Shown here: positions 20,286 through 31,000 of the stretch, piece by piece | Numbering within the stretch: the stretch's first letter is position 1 | How the letters are laid out: every line of letters begins with the position of its first letter | Source: a virus | Taxonomy: Duplodnaviria > Caudoviricetes | IMG/VR virus record: IMGVR_UViG_3300018492_000150 | Coordinates: 32,001 to 96,000 of that record | Length of the DNA stretch: 64,000 nt | Strand: one strand, 5' to 3' | The notes under the pieces: generated by a model | Databases searched by the model: none | Told to the model about the DNA's origin: nothing | The model's input: only the letters and a program-made list of their open reading frames with translations | Position numbers and translations under genes: made by a program

Positions 20286-20429
20286 ATGAAAAATAAACCG
20301 ATATTAACGAAGATAATAATACTTGCCGTATTTATATTATATTTGCTTATATTCAGCGGTATAGTACCAATATACATAAATCTGATATTAGGTGGTATTG
20401 TTGGATATATTTTAGGGAGGATGGGTTAA
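20286..20429 (+). CDS. 47-aa membrane protein (not in the ORF track)
   Basis: AGGAG SD; MKNKPILTKIIILAVFILYLLIFSGIVPIYINLILGGIVGYILGRMG, two hydrophobic segments; stop overlaps the next ATG. Confidence 0.7.
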   Translation: MKNKPILTKIIILAVFILYLLIFSGIVPIYINLILGGIVGYILGRMG

Positions 20430-21037
20430 TGTATGATATTGATGCTACGATGAAGATAGCAAAGAGCATGAAGAGACCTATAGTGCATGTAGGTAATAAT
20501 TATATGCTCGGTACTGATTTAGAATTTTGTACTTTAAGTATAATAGAAACCAATTCGATTATACCAAGACCATTTACAACTACAATAAATGGTTGGTTAA
20601 ATAAAATGGCTAAAGATAAGTATGCTCAAGATCATCCAGAGATATTCTTTACTGAATATTCTCGCTTAGATGATAATCTATATATAAATATATGGGAAGA
20701 AGACACTTATACAAGAAAAATATTTGAATTATTTGGTAAAGTAAATAATTACTTATATGGAAGAGTTCCTATTTATTCAGGAAGTAATTTTGAGAAAGAT
20801 GAAAATTTTATCAGAAACGTAAGTAAACTTAAAGTATCAGATGGACTGAAAACTTATACTATTGATAACACTTACTTGATTACAAGTTTCAATAAAGTGC
20901 ATTGTATTAATGCATCTGATAAAGTATCATTGAATATCTATGATATCGATACTGAATCTTATTTATATGAATTTATTATAGATAAGAAAAAATATATCGT
21001 AAAAGAATACATCAGATATAGAAAGATGAGCATTTAA
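20429..21037 (+). CDS. hypothetical protein
   Basis: 202 aa, GGAGG SD, coupled to the upstream gene. Confidence 0.75.
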   Translation: MYDIDATMKIAKSMKRPIVHVGNNYMLGTDLEFCTLSIIETNSIIPRPFTTTINGWLNKMAKDKYAQDHPEIFFTEYSRLDDNLYINIWEEDTYTRKIFELFGKVNNYLYGRVPIYSGSNFEKDENFIRNVSKLKVSDGLKTYTIDNTYLITSFNKVHCINASDKVSLNIYDIDTESYLYEFIIDKKKYIVKEYIRYRKMSI

Positions 21038-21075
21038 CCATGCTCATCTTTATTTTTTGTCTTATTTATACCCAA

Positions 21076-21087
21076 AACATAAGAATA
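21076..21087 (+). promoter_or_regulatory. late promoter AACA-N6-TA (portal)
   Basis: aacataagaata; matches the AR9 non-virion RNAP promoter consensus. Confidence 0.75.
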
Positions 21088-21116
21088 ATTCGTATTAAGC
21101 AAAGGAGGTTATTACT

Positions 21117-23414
21117 TTGGCTAAGAAAGATGAGAATAAAAATCAGATATCAAAGAATATAATGTCAAAGTTATGGTCTCTACGAAAGCAAATGGCTGGT
21201 GTATATAGAGATACTTATAGCACTGACATTACGAGTAGAGATGAACTTGATAGAATTGGTACTGATATTGAAGATAATATAAGTAAAATCTTATCGAGAA
21301 ATAATACCAAAGATGTTTCTAATATATCTCAGTTGTATTCAGTAGCTAATCTCAAAACTAATTTGAGTGATAAGAAATACACTGAAGGTATTTTAAGTTA
21401 TTTCGAAGATAGTGCAGTAACTGACCAGTTACTTAATTCTTATCTCGATAATAAATGGGTAGTTGAATTAGACAGAGAAATAGATGTAGTTTGTAAATAT
21501 ATGCCTAAAATGGTAGAGGCATTAGACGCTATTAAAGATTCTGTACTTACTGCAGATAATTTTGATAAAGAATACCTTACATTCCAAAGTCCCAATATAG
21601 GATCAGAAGATAATTCTGCATTTATAGAGGAAATTGAGAGTATTAAAAAGACTTATCAATTATATGATAGAGTAGAAAGGTGGTACGATAATACTTCTAA
21701 ATATGGAGAACAGTTTGTATATAAAGTCCCATATAAGAAAGCATTATCTGTATTATTAAATAGACGAAAGAATACTAGATTTACTGGGGTGATGCCAGCA
21801 TTATCTGGTATTGGTGTTAGAGAATCTTCTTTAATTCATGAAGGAGGATTTCCTGTCTCTATGAACAATAATAGAGAACTTTTCGAATCCTATCAAAATG
21901 CTGCTCCGATAATAAAAGAAAATGGTATTCAAAATATTAAACTTGAGATAGTAAAAGACTCTTTATTGATCAGTGCTATAGAAGATAAATCTCATATAGA
22001 AGAAATGACAAATATGATGGAGCAGGTATCTTTTATGTCAGAAGCTTCTTCTACAGATAGAGTAATCGATAATGAGATTTTTGATGTTCCTAAGAATATG
22101 AAAAAAGATACCACTTCTCAAGAAGGAATTATTGGAGATGGTAGGGTAGAACCAGATCAATTAAAAGTTCCAGGTTTATTATTAAAAGAACTTAAGCATG
22201 AAAATATTATCATGCTTTATATGGACGATATTTGCCTGGGATATTATTATCTTGAGTTTATGGATAAAGATGGAGTGTCTATATATCAAGATAACTTATT
22301 CCAAAGAAAATCAGTAAGTTCAGTAGGATATAGTGCAGGTGTTAAATTAGCAGATGAACAGAATCAGCAGAAAGCTACTGATGACTTGCTTAGGTATTTA
22401 TCATCTGCGATTGTTGCAAACTTAGATGATAAGTTTATCAATAACAATCCTTATTTGAAGAAAGAGATTTACTCTGTTCTCAAATATAACGATATGTTTA
22501 ACGGTGGCGGTATAGATAGAGTTAGAGTTACTTATCTTGCTCCTAATGATGTAGAACATATCATGTTTAAAGAAGATCCAGATACCCATAGAGGTATTTC
22601 TGATATCGTTCCTGGATTAATTCCTGCTAAAATGTGGTGTTGCTTATACATTGCAAACACTATAGGAATGCTTACTAGAGGGCAGGATAAAAGAGTATAT
22701 TATGTAAAACAAAATGTTGAACAGAATATTGCTCAAACATTATTGAATGTAATTAACCAGATTAAGAAACAAAATATGAATATTATGCAAATAGAGAATA
22801 TGAATAGTATTCTTGGGATCACTGGTAAATTTAATGACTATATAATTCCAGTAGGTCCTAGTGGAGACCCTCCGATTCAAATGGAAGTCATGCAGGGTCA
22901 AGAGATAGATCCTCAGACTGAGTTTATGGACAAGTTAGAAGAGACTGCTATTAACGCTACAGGTATTCCAATAGAATTAGTAACAGCTAGATTATCTTTA
23001 GACTTTGCCACTCAGCTTACTATGAGTAATAGTAAATTCTTGAGATTTGTATTTAAAAGGCAATCTAAATTTGAAACTCATATTGGAAATATTATGACAG
23101 ATATATACAATACTGAGTATGAAAAGAATAATAATGCTATTACGATAAAATGTGTATTACCAGCGCCACTTATGCTGAATATCAATAATCTTAATCAGAT
23201 CATTGACCTTATATCTCAACAGGCTGATACATTAGCGACAATAGAATATCCAGATACTAATGATGAAGATAATGAATCTAAGAAAGCATTCTTCAAGAAA
23301 GAATACGTTCATTATAAGTTAGGATCATATATCAAACAGAATGAGATAGATATGATTAAAGCTAAAGCTGAATTTGAATTTAATAAAAACAAACCTGTAG
23401 AAGATAATCAATAA
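21117..23414 (+). CDS. portal protein
   Basis: TTG start with AGGAGG SD; MVEALDAIKDSV, KYGEQF and TRGQDKRVYYV resemble T4 gp20-type portals; size and late promoter fit. Confidence 0.75.
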   Translation: MAKKDENKNQISKNIMSKLWSLRKQMAGVYRDTYSTDITSRDELDRIGTDIEDNISKILSRNNTKDVSNISQLYSVANLKTNLSDKKYTEGILSYFEDSAVTDQLLNSYLDNKWVVELDREIDVVCKYMPKMVEALDAIKDSVLTADNFDKEYLTFQSPNIGSEDNSAFIEEIESIKKTYQLYDRVERWYDNTSKYGEQFVYKVPYKKALSVLLNRRKNTRFTGVMPALSGIGVRESSLIHEGGFPVSMNNNRELFESYQNAAPIIKENGIQNIKLEIVKDSLLISAIEDKSHIEEMTNMMEQVSFMSEASSTDRVIDNEIFDVPKNMKKDTTSQEGIIGDGRVEPDQLKVPGLLLKELKHENIIMLYMDDICLGYYYLEFMDKDGVSIYQDNLFQRKSVSSVGYSAGVKLADEQNQQKATDDLLRYLSSAIVANLDDKFINNNPYLKKEIYSVLKYNDMFNGGGIDRVRVTYLAPNDVEHIMFKEDPDTHRGISDIVPGLIPAKMWCCLYIANTIGMLTRGQDKRVYYVKQNVEQNIAQTLLNVINQIKKQNMNIMQIENMNSILGITGKFNDYIIPVGPSGDPPIQMEVMQGQEIDPQTEFMDKLEETAINATGIPIELVTARLSLDFATQLTMSNSKFLRFVFKRQSKFETHIGNIMTDIYNTEYEKNNNAITIKCVLPAPLMLNINNLNQIIDLISQQADTLATIEYPDTNDEDNESKKAFFKKEYVHYKLGSYIKQNEIDMIKAKAEFEFNKNKPVEDNQ

Positions 23415-23418
23415 AAAG

Positions 23419-23452
23419 AATCCCAGTACCAATTAAGGTACTGGGATTTTTA
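23419..23452. terminator. bidirectional terminator (CCCAGTA family)
   Basis: aatcccagtacc-aattaa-ggtactgggatt between the convergent portal and tube genes. Confidence 0.8.
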
Positions 23453-23458
23453 TTGTTG

Positions 23459-24388
23459 TTAGATATTTTCATCTCCAACTTTTTCAACGTAATTAGCAAG
23501 ATCAGATTTGCTATTTGCTGCTGTATAGCTAAATCCTTCAATACTAGCCTGGTCTCCACCAACAGGTTGACCGCCGTCGTATTCAAGATGAACAACTTTA
23601 GCTTTGTCAATCTGACCAATGTTACCAAGATCAACACCTGTAGAGTTAACTCCAGCTGTAGTAGCAACAGCATTCTTAACTGCATTGGACTCGTTGATAA
23701 ATGCAAGAACCTGAAGAGCTCTCATATCAACTTCTGGACCATCAATTACGAAGCACTGCCATGTAAGTTCAACATCTTTCTTTTCGATAGAACCTTTTTC
23801 TGTCTCATAGATAGATGTAGGTACCTTTGTAGGCCAAGCGTTACATAACAGATAAGATTTCTCAAGCTGAAGCATAGTATTGTCTGTAACAAGGTACAGC
23901 AAGTTAAATACTTCATTCTCGAATCCACCTGCCATCTTACCATATTTAATAAGACCATGGTATGTTTTAGCCTGAGTACGAGGATCCTTAATACCTTCAA
24001 GATAATATCTCAAGAAGTTAGTAATAAGAGATCCAGATTTTTCTGTAAATGACATAGATACTTCAGTAGCAGACTGTTTGTTTACTTTACCTACTACATT
24101 CATTGTAGATATACCATCAGTAACTTCCAGTGGATCTACTGTAATATCTTCGATACCGCTAAGACCTTTGAATTCGAATTCAAGAATATAGCAGAATGCA
24201 TCGAGCATCTTAGCTACATCATCATCGACTTTAGCGATCTCTTCAAGATAAGCCGGTTTACTGATTACGCACAGATGTGAATAACCAGATTCATATAAGT
24301 TAAACTGAGCTGCATTAGAGAAGTCAGTAACACCTCTCATCATCGCATATTCAGCAACAGATAATGCTTTCTTTGTATACATTTTCAT
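23459..24388 (-). CDS. tail tube protein
   Basis: Directly downstream of the sheath gene; VSMSFTEKSGS...LCNAWPTKVP...VELTW pattern typical of tube proteins. Confidence 0.7.
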   Translation of the reverse strand: MKMYTKKALSVAEYAMMRGVTDFSNAAQFNLYESGYSHLCVISKPAYLEEIAKVDDDVAKMLDAFCYILEFEFKGLSGIEDITVDPLEVTDGISTMNVVGKVNKQSATEVSMSFTEKSGSLITNFLRYYLEGIKDPRTQAKTYHGLIKYGKMAGGFENEVFNLLYLVTDNTMLQLEKSYLLCNAWPTKVPTSIYETEKGSIEKKDVELTWQCFVIDGPEVDMRALQVLAFINESNAVKNAVATTAGVNSTGVDLGNIGQIDKAKVVHLEYDGGQPVGGDQASIEGFSYTAANSKSDLANYVEKVGDENI

Positions 24389-24406
24389 ATCTTATTCACC
24401 TCCCTT

Positions 24407-26299
24407 TTAATACATTGGTTTGTAGCTAGTATCACTATTAGCCACAGTAGCCTGCTCTGTTCCAAGAGTGTAGATATTAAGAATCTCGCTCTGAACGAAG
24501 TCTTTATGTTTAACTTTAAGGGATGCTTCGAAGATCTTATTAGCCTTCATAATATCATCCTGTACATATACGAATTCGAGAGACTCGAACCATCCTGTAT
24601 ATTTATTGATGATACGATTTACTGCTTTCTTGTAAGATTGCAGATCATCTGTAGAAATGAAGCTGTATCTGAACTTCGGACAGTTATCACGTACGTCTTT
24701 AACGATAGCCTGAATAGCAATAACGTTATTAGCAAATGATAATTGTGTAAGCTCTGCCTGACTTGTAAACTCTGTTTCCATTGTAAGGACATTGTTAAGA
24801 ACAGAAGCATAGTTCAGTCTAATATCATCCAAAGCAATTTTCTGGTTTGTAACCGGAGTGATCTTTGGAGTGAAGTTTACTGTACCTTCGATTGCTTCTG
24901 GGAATGTCCAGCCATACAGAATACCACAGTAAGGCGTATTTCTCTTTGTATTGAGATGATCAATAATACATCTTGAGATACCGTAACTAATTGTTACGTT
25001 GATACGACGTTTTGTGAATGGGTTGAGAATCTGATAAGATTGTCCATACCATCCTGTAAACTTATCTCTAGGCATATCAATCATTTTCATCTGAGCATTT
25101 TCGAAAGTATTTACATCCAGACCAAGGTCTCCGAAGAAATAGAAATCTTTACGGAATTTAGCAAGGTCGTAAATAGCTTTCTTAACTGCATATGGGTAGT
25201 TTGCATCGATACATGCATCTGGTTTATACATATCCAGATTAAAGATATCACTGTCAAATGTACCATTGTAGAACTCAACAAGTTCTTGTTCATATTCATC
25301 AGTGTCGATCGGCTTATCACCGAAAGCACCATTAGTTCCAGATTCAAGGCCAAATCCCATTGTGATACCAAGGTTCTGGCTTGTTTCATCAAGAGCGTAG
25401 CCCTGTACAGGTGCTCCTTTGCTGTCTTTTCCGAACAGAACATCGATTTTATATAATTCATCTACAGAAATACCTGAGATTTCGGAAACTCTAGCATAGA
25501 ATGCGTCTACGCATTCTTCCAAAGCTTCTGCTCTACATTGAAGCATTTCTGTTGATGCCATACCTATATCCATAGATTTTTCCAGATAAATAACACCTGG
25601 AGTTAATGCAAAGTAAACGGATTCAGCATCTAAATCTTCAGATCCGAGATATTTGAATCTATAGATCATGAAGTTCTGATTTTTACTGATACCATACTGA
25701 GGATCAATTCCAAAACGTTTTGTAGAAACACCACGACCATTATCTACGATAACAGCAAGTGGATAAGTGAAGATATTCTCATCTTCATTTTCAACAAAAG
25801 ATTTTCTTGCCTCTTCGGCAATTTCAGCCTGAGTTTTCTTTCCTGTAACAGTAACAAGTTCGAATTTTGTTTTAGCAATGTTGATCATTACTTTTTCATT
25901 GCTCTCGCCAGGATCTGTTGTCTCTTCATGAGTAACAGAATCGATATATAATGGTTTACCGTCTTTGTCAGTTTTCTGAACTCTGTCAGTAGAAACCTTA
26001 GCGACGATAACGATATTTGCAAGAGTTGCATCTTTAGCAACTACACGTTTGATCATTAATTCGCCACCATTGTTGATGATATTGGCAGCCTGGATTGCAG
26101 CCTGTCCATATTTTTCAAAATCGATAAAATAGCCGAATAACTTGTAGAAGTTTTGTCCGACTACACGAGTAATTTTTTCAGGTCCTCTATCGAATGCAGC
26201 CGCCGTTAACAGTAACGGGTTCGGTGTCTTTTCAACAGTAGGTTGTGATTTGATACCAGATTGATCAATCCAGTTATTTATTGTTCCTGGATACTGCAT
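24407..26299 (-). CDS. tail sheath protein
   Basis: MQYPGT..., AFDRGPE, FYKLFG, NNGGELMIKRVV, IDANYP and a sheath-like C-terminus; 630 aa. Confidence 0.82.
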   Translation of the reverse strand: MQYPGTINNWIDQSGIKSQPTVEKTPNPLLLTAAAFDRGPEKITRVVGQNFYKLFGYFIDFEKYGQAAIQAANIINNGGELMIKRVVAKDATLANIVIVAKVSTDRVQKTDKDGKPLYIDSVTHEETTDPGESNEKVMINIAKTKFELVTVTGKKTQAEIAEEARKSFVENEDENIFTYPLAVIVDNGRGVSTKRFGIDPQYGISKNQNFMIYRFKYLGSEDLDAESVYFALTPGVIYLEKSMDIGMASTEMLQCRAEALEECVDAFYARVSEISGISVDELYKIDVLFGKDSKGAPVQGYALDETSQNLGITMGFGLESGTNGAFGDKPIDTDEYEQELVEFYNGTFDSDIFNLDMYKPDACIDANYPYAVKKAIYDLAKFRKDFYFFGDLGLDVNTFENAQMKMIDMPRDKFTGWYGQSYQILNPFTKRRINVTISYGISRCIIDHLNTKRNTPYCGILYGWTFPEAIEGTVNFTPKITPVTNQKIALDDIRLNYASVLNNVLTMETEFTSQAELTQLSFANNVIAIQAIVKDVRDNCPKFRYSFISTDDLQSYKKAVNRIINKYTGWFESLEFVYVQDDIMKANKIFEASLKVKHKDFVQSEILNIYTLGTEQATVANSDTSYKPMY

Positions 26300-26346
26300 A
26301 TCTTTTCCTCCTTTATATTCTATTATACATTTTATACTAATGTAAT

Positions 26347-26358
26347 TACTGATATGTT
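26347..26358 (-). promoter_or_regulatory. late promoter AACA-N6-TA (sheath-tube)
   Basis: aacatatcagta on the minus strand. Confidence 0.75.
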
Positions 26359-26389
26359 TATAATAGGCAATATGTATGGACTATAAAAA

Positions 26390-27130
26390 TTAGCCCGTAA
26401 GAACCCTTTCTAGAGGCGTAGAATCGTTGTTTTTATTCATTACAGCTCCTACTACAGCCTTATCAAAGTTCTCACTTGTAAGCGATGTGAATGGACTTAC
26501 TAATTTAGGAACAGTCTTTACGGATATAGGATTATACGAACATAAATCGTTATCTAAAGATTTGCCTAATCTAAATGGTTTATTGATATCTTTTGGATCT
26601 CTACATAATTCTGAAACTAGCAATCCAAACAATGATGCTGGTAATTTATATGACGAACCATTGATTGCAATTGAATCTAAAAAGTATTTATATAATTCAG
26701 TATACGGTATAGTTTTTGGTATATTACCAGTATCTACAAATAACCTAAAGAAATCCTCTACATTAGTTATATCCTGGGGAACTTTGGTAGATACTATAAT
26801 TTGGTCTTCTCCATTATTTTCATAATGAAAGATACTATAATCTGATACAAAATTATCAGTAATAGCAAAGTTTTTTACTTTTTCTATTCTTCCAGGTTTA
26901 GTTATAAATCTAGATGGAAAATAAAAGTTTTTAATCTTCTTTCCTGTTTCAATTTTATCAGATTTATTATTTATACTATAATTACAGATACCAATCAATT
27001 CAACAAAGTTACCTTCAATAACTGCAACTTTTCTATCGAAATAGACTTCTGGTACAAATAGTAAGAATTCTCCTTCTCCACTATAATACACAGATTCTTC
27101 TTTAACTTTTAAAAATCCAGGTATTGGCAT
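26390..27130 (-). CDS. RNA polymerase beta' extreme C-terminal fragment (probable virion RNAP subunit)
   Basis: FGLLVSELCRD...SPFTSLTSENFDKAVVGAV...TPLERVLTG resembles beta' region H (SFISAASFQETTRVLTEAA...LKENVIVG); late promoter at 27157-27168. Confidence 0.55.
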   Translation of the reverse strand: MPIPGFLKVKEESVYYSGEGEFLLFVPEVYFDRKVAVIEGNFVELIGICNYSINNKSDKIETGKKIKNFYFPSRFITKPGRIEKVKNFAITDNFVSDYSIFHYENNGEDQIIVSTKVPQDITNVEDFFRLFVDTGNIPKTIPYTELYKYFLDSIAINGSSYKLPASLFGLLVSELCRDPKDINKPFRLGKSLDNDLCSYNPISVKTVPKLVSPFTSLTSENFDKAVVGAVMNKNNDSTPLERVLTG

Positions 27131-27196
27131 TTTGTGTCCTCCTTTCTTTTAGTCTTTATAGAAGTGTTCTAGACAAAAAGATATACCAGCGTAGAT

Positions 27197-27622
27197 CTAC
27201 GCTGGTATATATGCATTTAGATATATATTTGCTACATAGGCACTCCAATCGCCTGTAGTTGTTAGCATTATTTCTTTAGTATCTTTTCGCAAAAATATGC
27301 TTGCCATTTGATTATTATTATCTGACCATTGTATTGGATAACTTGCCCAACTCGATAAAATACATGATGATTCTGTGTCTATAGTATAGTCAACAGCCCT
27401 GGATGCTATTTCTGGATTTGCATCTAATATATTTTTAAACCCTATACGATACGTTTGTGTGGCATCAGAATTGGATAAAGTATACGTAATAATTGTTTCA
27501 TATACTTCTAAATCTGAACTTGATTTAAAACCAATTCTTCTTATCATATTTTTTCTAGTAAATTTATAAGGAGCATATTTAGATCCTACAGTATTAAAAT
27601 CTAAAATATCACTATATGCCAT
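27197..27622 (-). CDS. orphan small protein preceded by a 31-bp palindrome
   Basis: Start corrected to MAYSD (GGAGGT SD); hairpin terminator overlaps the stop. Confidence 0.7.
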   Translation of the reverse strand: MAYSDILDFNTVGSKYAPYKFTRKNMIRRIGFKSSSDLEVYETIITYTLSNSDATQTYRIGFKNILDANPEIASRAVDYTIDTESSCILSSWASYPIQWSDNNNQMASIFLRKDTKEIMLTTTGDWSAYVANIYLNAYIPA

Positions 27623-27635
27623 TCTTATATACCTC

Positions 27636-27666
27636 CCTAACATTCATGAAATTCATGAATGTTAGG
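27636..27666. repeat. 31-bp perfect palindrome, copy 1
   Basis: CCTAACATTCATGAA-a-TTCATGAATGTTAGG. Confidence 0.95.
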
Positions 27667-27985
27667 TAAGATTATTGTCTTGTGATATTATTTTTTTATA
27701 CATCCAGCCATCGGTCTTAGTTTTTATCAATCTATGCATAGCTCCCCAACTGAAATAATGCAGAACTAAACAATCTACATAATTTGTATATTTTTTATAT
27801 CCAAAAACTTCATAACTTGATCCTTTACTTGCAACGAAATGTAAAGAAAACACGCCATCGTAAATATCAGAATCTATTATTTTCTGTATAGATGATATAG
27901 CTTGAGAATCATCTACATTTACTTCTCTAGATATTCGTTGTATCCAAGATACATCCTTCATTATCACTTTATCAATATTACTCAT
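27662..27985 (-). CDS. orphan small protein flanked by two 31-bp palindromes
   Basis: Start corrected to MSNID (GGAGGT SD); its TAA stop lies inside palindrome copy 1. Confidence 0.7.
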   Translation of the reverse strand: MSNIDKVIMKDVSWIQRISREVNVDDSQAISSIQKIIDSDIYDGVFSLHFVASKGSSYEVFGYKKYTNYVDCLVLHYFSWGAMHRLIKTKTDGWMYKKIISQDNNLT

Positions 27986-27995
27986 ATTATACCTC

Positions 27996-28026
27996 CCTAA
28001 CATTCGAAATAATTTCGAATGTTAGG
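27996..28026. repeat. 31-bp perfect palindrome, copy 2 (variant)
   Basis: CCTAACATTCGAAAT-a-ATTTCGAATGTTAGG. Confidence 0.95.
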
Positions 28027-28045
28027 AAGATAAAAAAGAAATAAA

Positions 28046-28074
28046 ACTCCCAGTAGGATTTTCCTACTGGGAGT
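28046..28074 (-). terminator. terminator after the tail fibre gene (CCCAGTA family)
   Basis: actcccagtagga-ttt-tcctactgggagt with a T-run on the minus strand. Confidence 0.75.
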
Positions 28075-28083
28075 ATTTTTTTA

Positions 28084-31000
28084 CTATAATGCTTTCTTTT
28101 TATGCATATATAATGTAAGAGTTGTAGACGAATTTATAATTGTATCAATATTACCAAGAACTTCCCAAGTTCCTCCGCATGTAGATGAGAAGAATGTCGC
28201 ACTTGAACTTGTAGTCCATAATACTGTTCCGACAGGGAAATCTACTTTCTTAGCACTATTAGCAGGACCTCCTGCAGAAGAAGAACCTGCATAATTGTGG
28301 GTATGGCTTGTCGGAGCATACCCAGAATGAGAGTGAGATTTTGCCGCGGCACCTATAGCTGCAGGAGTAATGTTAACCTCTTTAGCAGCAGAACCATCAT
28401 AAGTTGCTGCTGTAGTACCATTTGTCTTAACTGTCAAAGCATATGGATTCTTAAGCGATGTAGGTAATCCAGTAATTTGACTTGCTGGATGTGTATGGCT
28501 AGAAGCTGCATAATTGTGGGTGTGTGAAGCAGCAGCAGCACCAATTTCTGACGGAGTTGGTTTATTTACTGAGCTATATATTTCACTCCAACTATTGAAA
28601 GATGTGCCATTATGAAATCTATAATATATAATATTATCACTTCCATGAAGTTTTTGTGCAATATTACCACCAGCTATTCTATACACTTCTAGACCAAAGT
28701 GTTCTACCGATGATGGTTTATTTTTTACAGTATTACCACCAGCAGCAAAATAATTTCCTGGAGTAAGCAAACTGTTCAAATCTTCTGAAGTTAATTGCTT
28801 AGAGTAACTATTTGGGATTTCTATATTCTTAGTTCCGTCGAATGAAATTCCATTAATAGTTCTAGCTGTTGCTAATTTTATTGCACTATTCGCAGACCCT
28901 CCTGCTGATCCAGACCCTGCATAGTTATGAGTATGGCTTGTTGGAGCATATCCAGAGTGAGAGTGGGATGCTGCAGCAGCACCTATAGCTGCAGGAGTAA
29001 TATTTACTGTCTTCGCAGACCCTCCGTTAAAAGTAAATTTATTAGTATCTTCAGTTGTACCGCCATTAAATTGCATGGTAAGTGCATATGGACTTACCTG
29101 TGCTGTTGGAATATTTACTGTTACTGCCCCCGAACCATCATATGTAGCTGTAGCAGCTCCAGTAAACTTAAGAGCATATGGGTTAGACAGCTTAGTAGGA
29201 ATCCCTGTAATTTGACTTGCTGGATGAGTGTGACTAGCCGCAGCTTTACCGTTTAATTGTGTTTGAACTGCACTTGTAACACCTTTCATATAGTTCAATT
29301 CAGTTGCTGAAGCAGTTACTCCTAATGCTGATAATGTTAATGATATAGGCTGCCAAGTCCCATCTCCTCTAAGATACTTGTTATTTTCTCCAACTCCTGG
29401 AGTTGGAACAAAACCAGTACCTCCTGCAGCTGAAGTAGTTGCTCCTTTAAATGTACTATGTCCATGACTAGCAGCTGCAGCTCCTACAGATGATGCCGTA
29501 ATATTAACTTCTTTAGATACAGAACCGTCATATACTGCAGCTGATGTTCCATTTGTCTTAACTGTCAAAGCATATGGATTCTTAAGCGATGTTGGAAGTC
29601 CTGTAATTTGACTTGCTGCATGAGTATGGCTAGCAGCTGCAGCTCCTATTAACGCAGGTGTTATATTAACATTCTTAGCTACTGATCCGTTAAAAGTAAA
29701 TTTATTAGTATCTTCAGTTGTACCGCCATTAAATTGCATGGTAAGTGCATATGGACTTGCCTGTGCTGTTGGAATATTTACAGTAACAGCTCCAGACCCA
29801 TCATATGTAGCTGTAGCAGCTCCAGTAAACTTAAGAGCTTGAGGATTAGGTAATTTAGTAGGTAATCCAGTAATTTGACTTGCTGGATGTGTATGGCTAG
29901 AAGGCGCTGCTCCTATTTCTGCAGCTGTAGGTTTGGCAGCTGCACTATATACTTTCTGCCAAGCCCCAAATGAAGCATTATCACGAACTCGATAATATAT
30001 GATATTATTATTTCCATGTAATTTTTGTGCAATAGGCCCACTAGCTATTCTATACACTTCTAGACCAAAGTAGTCTACCGATGATGGTTTATTTTTTACA
30101 GTATTACCGCCAGCACCAAAATAATTTCCAGGTGTAAGCAATTCATTAAGATCTTCTGAAGTTAATTGCTTAGAGTAATTATTTGGAATGTCTATATTCT
30201 TAGTACCATCAAATGAAATTCCATTAATAGTTCTAGCTGTAGCTAATTTTACTGCACTATTGGCTGATCCTCCAGCTGATCCTGAGCCAGCATAATTATG
30301 AGTATGGCTTGATGATGCTTTACCATTTAATTGTGTTTGAACTGCACTTGTAACACCTTTCATATAATTTAGTTCAGTTGCTGAAGCAGTTACTCCTAAT
30401 GCTGATAATGAAAGTGGAACTACTTGCCATGTCCCATCCCCTCTTAAGAATTTACTTTGTTCTCCTATTGCAGGTGCAGGAACAAATCCAGTACCACCAG
30501 CTGCTGAAGCAGATGCCCCTTTAAATACACTATGGCTATGACCAGATGTAGCAGCTCCAATTGAAGATGGTGTTATATTAACTTCTTTAGCAGCAGATCC
30601 ATCATAAGTTGCTGCAGTTGCACCATTAGTTTTAATACTAAGGGAATATGGATTTTTTAATGATGTAGGCAATCCAGTAATTTGAGATGATGGATGTGTA
30701 TGAGATGAAGCTGCAGCTCCAATTGAAGCTGGTGTTATATTAACTTCTTTAGCAGCAGAACCGTCAAATGTAAATTTATTGGTACCTTCAGTAACGCCAC
30801 CATTAAGTTGTAATGTGAGCTGTGAATTTGTTTTTGAGGTCGTAGGAATATTTACAGTAACAGCTCCAGACCCATCATATGTAGCTGTAGCAGCTCCAGT
30901 AAACTTAAGAGCTTGAGGATTAGGTAATTTAGTAGGTAATCCAGTAATATCAGAAGCAGCAATTTTTTGCCAAGATTCTGATCCTGCAGTAGCACCTGCT

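Noticed and set aside
23380-25461. Overlapping and antisense ORFs across the tube and sheath genes (and similar ones throughout, e.g. 58141-58606)
   Set aside because: Shadow ORFs caused by codon bias of the real genes; no SD or recognisable motifs.
27636-28026. Palindromic repeats as a CRISPR array
   Set aside because: Spacing is 360 and 526 bp with whole genes between the copies, and no cas genes are seen.
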